Assembly (NCBI GenBank): GCA_034431475.1
Contig: DAOUDE010000052.1
Coordinates: 6,825 to 70,824 of the forward strand
DNA from: Thermomicrobiales bacterium
Lineage (GTDB): Bacteria > Chloroflexota > Chloroflexia > Thermomicrobiales > UBA6265
Direction of reading: 5' to 3'
Length of the DNA stretch: 64,000 nt
The translations under genes were made by a program, and so were the position numbers. The notes below the pieces were generated by a model. It searched no databases. It was not told the origin of the DNA and worked only from the letters and a program-made list of their open reading frames with translations. The stretch's first letter is position 1, and each line of letters starts with the position of its first letter. Positions 60,161 through 64,000 of this stretch are shown here, piece by piece.

Positions 60161-60163
60161 GTC

Positions 60164-60727
60164 CTACTCCGGCCGGCGGAAAGCAACGTTCTCGCCCTGG
60201 TACACCCCGGAGTACCCTTCCGCGGTCGGCATGTCCAGCGTGAAGAACACCAACTGCAGCACGCGTGCATCACGCGCCAGCCGTAACCCGGCCGGGTTGG
60301 TCACCACCAGCAGCGATGTCGAGCGCCCGGTGTAGCCGGCGTCCCACACGGCGGTGCCGAGCGTTGCTCCGCAGCGGCAGAGGCTGGAGCGCGGGCGGCC
60401 GAGGGCCATCAGGTCATTCGGCAGCGCGACGATCTCATTGAAGAGCACTTGATACATGCCGGGTGTCAACGCGAGCCACCCCTCGGCATCGAACTCCAGG
60501 GGACGCGCCTCGGGAACGACGCGCTCGGCATTGCTGCGACCGAGGGCACCTGGCCCGGTCAGCTCACTCACCTTCGCGACACTGAGGTCAAACCCGTTGG
60601 GTTGGAGCTGGTCTTCCAACGAGAGGTAGCCGCTGATCAACGGCGCCTCAGCGTTCAGGCGGGCCAGGATCGCTTCCCGTCCCAGGGCGCCGCCGGAACC
60701 CCGCGGGGTGGCTTCCGGATCACTCAT
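60164..60727 (-). CDS. dCTP deaminase/dUTPase-superfamily protein (archaeal-type dUTPase-like)
   Basis: 187-aa ORF with QPNGFDLSV, GRPRSSLCRCG, VWDAGYTGRS and LQLVF motifs. Its ATG overlaps the Rieske gene stop (ATGA). Confidence 0.75.
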   Translation of the reverse strand: MSDPEATPRGSGGALGREAILARLNAEAPLISGYLSLEDQLQPNGFDLSVAKVSELTGPGALGRSNAERVVPEARPLEFDAEGWLALTPGMYQVLFNEIVALPNDLMALGRPRSSLCRCGATLGTAVWDAGYTGRSTSLLVVTNPAGLRLARDARVLQLVFFTLDMPTAEGYSGVYQGENVAFRRPE

Positions 60728-61050
60728 GACTTCTTCGCCGCATAGATGATGTCGCCCTCAACTCGCACCTCATAGGTCTCCACGGGAACGACGACGGGAA
60801 AACTGGCCGGCATGCCAGTGCGAATGTCGAAAGCGCCGCCATGCAACGGGCACTCCAGTTCGTCGCCAATGATCTCGCCATCCGAGAGCGACGCGTCCTG
60901 ATGGGTACAGATGTCATTCAGCGCGAAAAACTCGCCATCCATGTTGACGAGGACCACCGGGTCGTTGCCGACCTCGACGTACATCAACTCTCCTGGTCCC
61001 AGATCCGAGGTGCGCGCCACCTCATGCCAGCGCTTGCTGTCTGTACTCAC
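60724..61050 (-). CDS. Rieske-type [2Fe-2S] ferredoxin
   Basis: CTHQDASL ... CPLHGGAFD (C-x-H / C-x2-H). The GTG at 61050 is preceded by GAAGGA. The track start at 61095 overlaps sufU. Confidence 0.85.
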   Translation of the reverse strand: MSTDSKRWHEVARTSDLGPGELMYVEVGNDPVVLVNMDGEFFALNDICTHQDASLSDGEIIGDELECPLHGGAFDIRTGMPASFPVVVPVETYEVRVEGDIIYAAKKS

Positions 61051-61066
61051 AGGTGTCCTTCGTTGC

Positions 61067-61456
61067 CTACAGGGCGTCGTCCGCTGGAGGGACACCGTAA
61101 ATGCCCGCCTTGAGGACTTTCAAGCCCAGCATGGCGCACTTCATGCGCGCCGGGCTGATCGGTACTCCCAGTTCGTCCAGCAAGTCCTCGCGGGAGATGG
61201 CCTTGACGTCGTCCAGTGTCTGTCCATCCACCATCTCAGTCAGGATTGAGGCTGCGGCCTGGCTGATGGCGCACCCGCGGCCAGAGAAGCGGATGTCCGT
61301 GACGCGCTCGCCGTCCGTCTGCACGTCCATGCGGATCTCGTCGCCGCAGAGCGGGTTGACATCCTGGTAGGTGAATTGCGGGTTCACGAGCGTACCCTTG
61401 TTGCGGGGATTCTTGTTATGGTCCAGGATCTGTTCCCGGTAGATCGAGTCAGTCAT
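61067..61456 (-). CDS. sufU: SUF-system Fe-S assembly scaffold SufU (IscU/NifU-like)
   Basis: NPLCGDEI, GRGCAISQAAAS and KCAML motifs. Confidence 0.9.
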   Translation of the reverse strand: MTDSIYREQILDHNKNPRNKGTLVNPQFTYQDVNPLCGDEIRMDVQTDGERVTDIRFSGRGCAISQAAASILTEMVDGQTLDDVKAISREDLLDELGVPISPARMKCAMLGLKVLKAGIYGVPPADDAL

Positions 61457-61471
61457 CGTACGGAACTTCTT

Positions 61472-62725
61472 CTAGGCGCCGAAGATGTCGCGCGCCCGCT
61501 GCAGCCCTGCCACCAAACGATCCACGTCGGATGCGTCGTTGTAGACATAGAATGAGGCACGCGTCGTCGCCGGCAGCTCCAGGCGGTCCATGAGCGGTTG
61601 GCAGCAGTGGTGGCCAGCGCGCACCGCAATGTTTTCCTCGTTCAGGATCGCTGCTACATCATGCGGATGAATGTCGCCCAGCCGGAACGAGATCACTCCA
61701 GCATGATCCTCGATATCTGGCGGGCCGTATAGGACAAGCTCTGGCACGCTCCTGAGCTCGTCGAGCGCGAGTGCCGTCAAATTACGCTCGTGAGCCTGCA
61801 CGTTGTCCATGCCAAGACCGGAGAGGTAGTCAACGGCCGCGCCAAGCCCGATGGCGTCACCCACCGCCGGCGTTCCGGCCTCGAAGCGCGCCGGGACATC
61901 AGCCCAGGTCGATCTCGTGAATGACACCTTGCGGATCATGCCACCGCCGCCCATGAAAGGCGGCATGCCCTCCAGAAATGCGAGCTTGCCGTAGAGCGCG
62001 CCCGAGCCCATCGGGCCGAGCATCTTGTGCCCGGAGAGCGCCAGGAAATCAGCGTCAAGGGCCTGGACGTCGACCGGCATGTGCGGCACGCTCTGCGCGC
62101 CATCAACCAGTACGACTGCCCCCGCCCCATGGGCCAGGGCGATCATCTCGGCCGCGGGCGTGATGGTGCCGAGCGCGTTCGAGACGTGCGGAAACGCGAC
62201 CAGCTTCGGTTTCTCGCGCAACAATGCCTTGTAGTGCCCCAGGTCGAGCCTGCCGTGCTCATCGATACGCACCGCTGCGAGCCGAGCGCCCTTCTCCTCG
62301 GCCAGGAGTTGCCACGGGATGATGTTCGAATGGTGATCGAGCTCGGTGACGACGATCAGGTCGCCGGCGCCAATGTTCTGCCGCCCCCAGGTTTGCGCGA
62401 CAAGGTTGATCGCTTCCGTGGTATTGCGGACGAAGATGATCTCGCGGTCCGATGCGGCGTTGATGAAGCGTGCCAACGTACCGCGCGCGGCTTCGTACTG
62501 CTGGGTGGCACGCTCGGAGAGGTCATACACGCCGCGATGGATGTTGGCGTTGGCCTCCCGGTAGTACGCATCCAGCGCACGAATCACCTGCTCCGGCTTT
62601 TGCGAGCTGGCCGCGCTGTCCAGGAAGGCCAGCCGCTGCCCCCTGGCGTTGGTCGAATCAAGAACGGGGAAGTCACTGCGCACCTGCTGCCAGTCGACGG
62701 CCGGGCGCTCAAGTGTGCTCACCAT
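61472..62725 (-). CDS. sufS: Cysteine desulfurase SufS (class II)
   Basis: 417-aa ORF with HHSNIIPWQ, SGHKMLGPMGSG and RAGHHCCQPL motifs. Confidence 0.95.
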   Translation of the reverse strand: MVSTLERPAVDWQQVRSDFPVLDSTNARGQRLAFLDSAASSQKPEQVIRALDAYYREANANIHRGVYDLSERATQQYEAARGTLARFINAASDREIIFVRNTTEAINLVAQTWGRQNIGAGDLIVVTELDHHSNIIPWQLLAEEKGARLAAVRIDEHGRLDLGHYKALLREKPKLVAFPHVSNALGTITPAAEMIALAHGAGAVVLVDGAQSVPHMPVDVQALDADFLALSGHKMLGPMGSGALYGKLAFLEGMPPFMGGGGMIRKVSFTRSTWADVPARFEAGTPAVGDAIGLGAAVDYLSGLGMDNVQAHERNLTALALDELRSVPELVLYGPPDIEDHAGVISFRLGDIHPHDVAAILNEENIAVRAGHHCCQPLMDRLELPATTRASFYVYNDASDVDRLVAGLQRARDIFGA

Positions 62726-62787
62726 GTGAGAAGTCCTTCAGCCGGGCACCGTGAAGAGCGCCCGGCTGCGTGGATGCGGTTGGCCAG

Positions 62788-64000
62788 CTAGATGCCGACC
62801 TTGCGGGCAATTGCCCCTTCCAGGAAGTCCTGGATCTCTTCCACCGGAATCCGGTCAATAACCGGCCGGAAGAACCCTTCAACAATCAGCTTCTGCGCCT
62901 CGGAACGCGGGATGCCGCGAGCCTGCAGGTAGAAGAGGTGCTCCTCCTCGACCTGGGACACGGTTGCGCCGTGCGTGCAGCGCACGTCGTTCGCGGCGAT
63001 CTCCAGGTTCGGGATGGAGTCGGCGCGGGCCGTGCGGCTCAGGACGAGGTTGCGGTTCTGCTGGTAAGCGTCCGTCTTCTGGGCGCCCTCGGAGACCTTG
63101 ATCAGGCCTGAGTACACCGAACGCGCGTGCCCCTTCAGCGCACCCTTGAACTCCAGATCGCTCGTCGCGTACGGCGACTCGTGCAATTGCCAGGTGTGGT
63201 GATCGAAGAACTGATCTCCGTCCGCGAAGTAAATGCCCAGCATCTCGGCCAGCGAGTTGCGGCCACGCAGGTGGGAGGCGATCGACGACTTGGAGAACTT
63301 CGAGCCGAGGGTCACATGCAGGGAGTTCAGGAGGGCATCATCACCCAGGATGGTGCGCTCGGTCATGAAATTCCAGACTGCGCGGCCCCAGTCCTGCACC
63401 TGGACGTAGCGCAGCTTGGCATCGGCAGCGATAAACTGCTCGACGACCGCCGATGCGAACGACTGCTCCTCGCTGGAGGGCGAGCGGAACGCGTCGACCA
63501 CAAAGGCTTCAGCCTTCTTCTCCAGCACGACCAGCGTGTGCGAGAAGACCGCCGCACCCGGCTCCGAGATCAGGCTGAACGCCCGGAATGGCGCTTCCAC
63601 CTTGACCCCGGCTGGCACGTAGAGGAATGAACCGCCCTGCCAGTAGGCTGCGTGCAGCGCCTCGAACTTGCCGAAATCAACCGGCACCGCCTCGGTCATG
63701 AAGTACCTGGCGACCAACTCCGGGTGCTCACGCATCGCCGTGCTCAGGTCGCTGAAGATCACGCCCTGGGCGGCGACCGCCGGGTCGAGCGTAGTCAGGA
63801 TGGTGGCGGCATCTCGTTGCACGACCACGCCCGCGTTCGGCCCGAGCGCAATCTGCGCTTCGGCGTTCTCGACACCTGCTTCCTGCAACGCAGAAAGCGG
63901 ATCGACGCCGGCCGCGTTCAGCCCCGCGAACGGATTGACCTTGCTGAGTTTCAGGCCGCGAATGTCGGTGCGGCGCCATTCTTCGTCGCTTCGCGCGGGC
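62788..64000 (-). CDS. sufD: Fe-S cluster assembly protein SufD, N-terminus beyond the window
   Basis: The track ORF starts at a TTG at 63888, but the frame stays open to the window edge (…SDEEWRRTDIRGLKLSKVNPF…), which is typical SufD N-terminal sequence. Confidence 0.85.
   Translation of the reverse strand, partial: PARSDEEWRRTDIRGLKLSKVNPFAGLNAAGVDPLSALQEAGVENAEAQIALGPNAGVVVQRDAATILTTLDPAVAAQGVIFSDLSTAMREHPELVARYFMTEAVPVDFGKFEALHAAYWQGGSFLYVPAGVKVEAPFRAFSLISEPGAAVFSHTLVVLEKKAEAFVVDAFRSPSSEEQSFASAVVEQFIAADAKLRYVQVQDWGRAVWNFMTERTILGDDALLNSLHVTLGSKFSKSSIASHLRGRNSLAEMLGIYFADGDQFFDHHTWQLHESPYATSDLEFKGALKGHARSVYSGLIKVSEGAQKTDAYQQNRNLVLSRTARADSIPNLEIAANDVRCTHGATVSQVEEEHLFYLQARGIPRSEAQKLIVEGFFRPVIDRIPVEEIQDFLEGAIARKVGI

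Overview
This is a GC-rich, densely packed bacterial chromosomal window with about 60 CDS and one ncRNA, and almost all of it is core housekeeping. Contents in order: Moco biosynthesis (fused moaD-moaE, moeA, later moaC), rel, a PfkB kinase, lgt, a lipoprotein cytochrome c, dnaA, pepA, a fused SdhD/SdhC-like membrane protein, an orphan ABC ATPase with an FAH hydrolase, fused accD-accA and ilvE. Next come a peptide/nickel-type ABC importer split into two distant loci (BP+2 permeases at 16.5-20.6 kb, 2 ATPases at 28.2-30.5 kb), hslVU-topA-dprA, an HpcH aldolase with a GNAT, an M50 protease with scpAB, nifS with an Rrf2 regulator, an M50-CBS protease and tyrA. The rest is uvrB-aroQ-pepP-efp-accB-xseAB, a PurM-like protein with an Ntn-asparaginase, rho-glpX-dinG, an M20 peptidase, sdhAB, a secreted helical protein, an ECF sigma factor, a long-form SRP RNA, a ferredoxin, two hypothetical genes and the distal part of a suf operon (sufD-sufS-sufU-Rieske-dUTPase-like). 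I found no rRNA, tRNA, CRISPR array, transposase, integrase, phage gene or recognisable defence gene, and no obvious compositional island. Several gene blocks follow Bacillus-like gene order (from memory of B. subtilis), yet the DNA is GC-rich; a Chloroflexota/Thermomicrobia-like or related Terrabacteria origin is only an inference. I did not find a convincing novel multi-gene system. The most unusual items are domain fusions and degenerations: a MoaX-like MoaD-MoaE, AccD-AccA, SdhD-SdhC, a DinG with an apparently dead exonuclease domain, an HslV with a pro-peptide, and a Rho with a ~285-aa low-complexity N-terminal extension. Others are an unannotated Alu-domain SRP RNA, a few perfect palindromes and candidate operators, and a divergent pair of uncharacterised genes at 59.3-60.2 kb. 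All start codons and RNA ends are manual estimates. No searches or folding computations were run.
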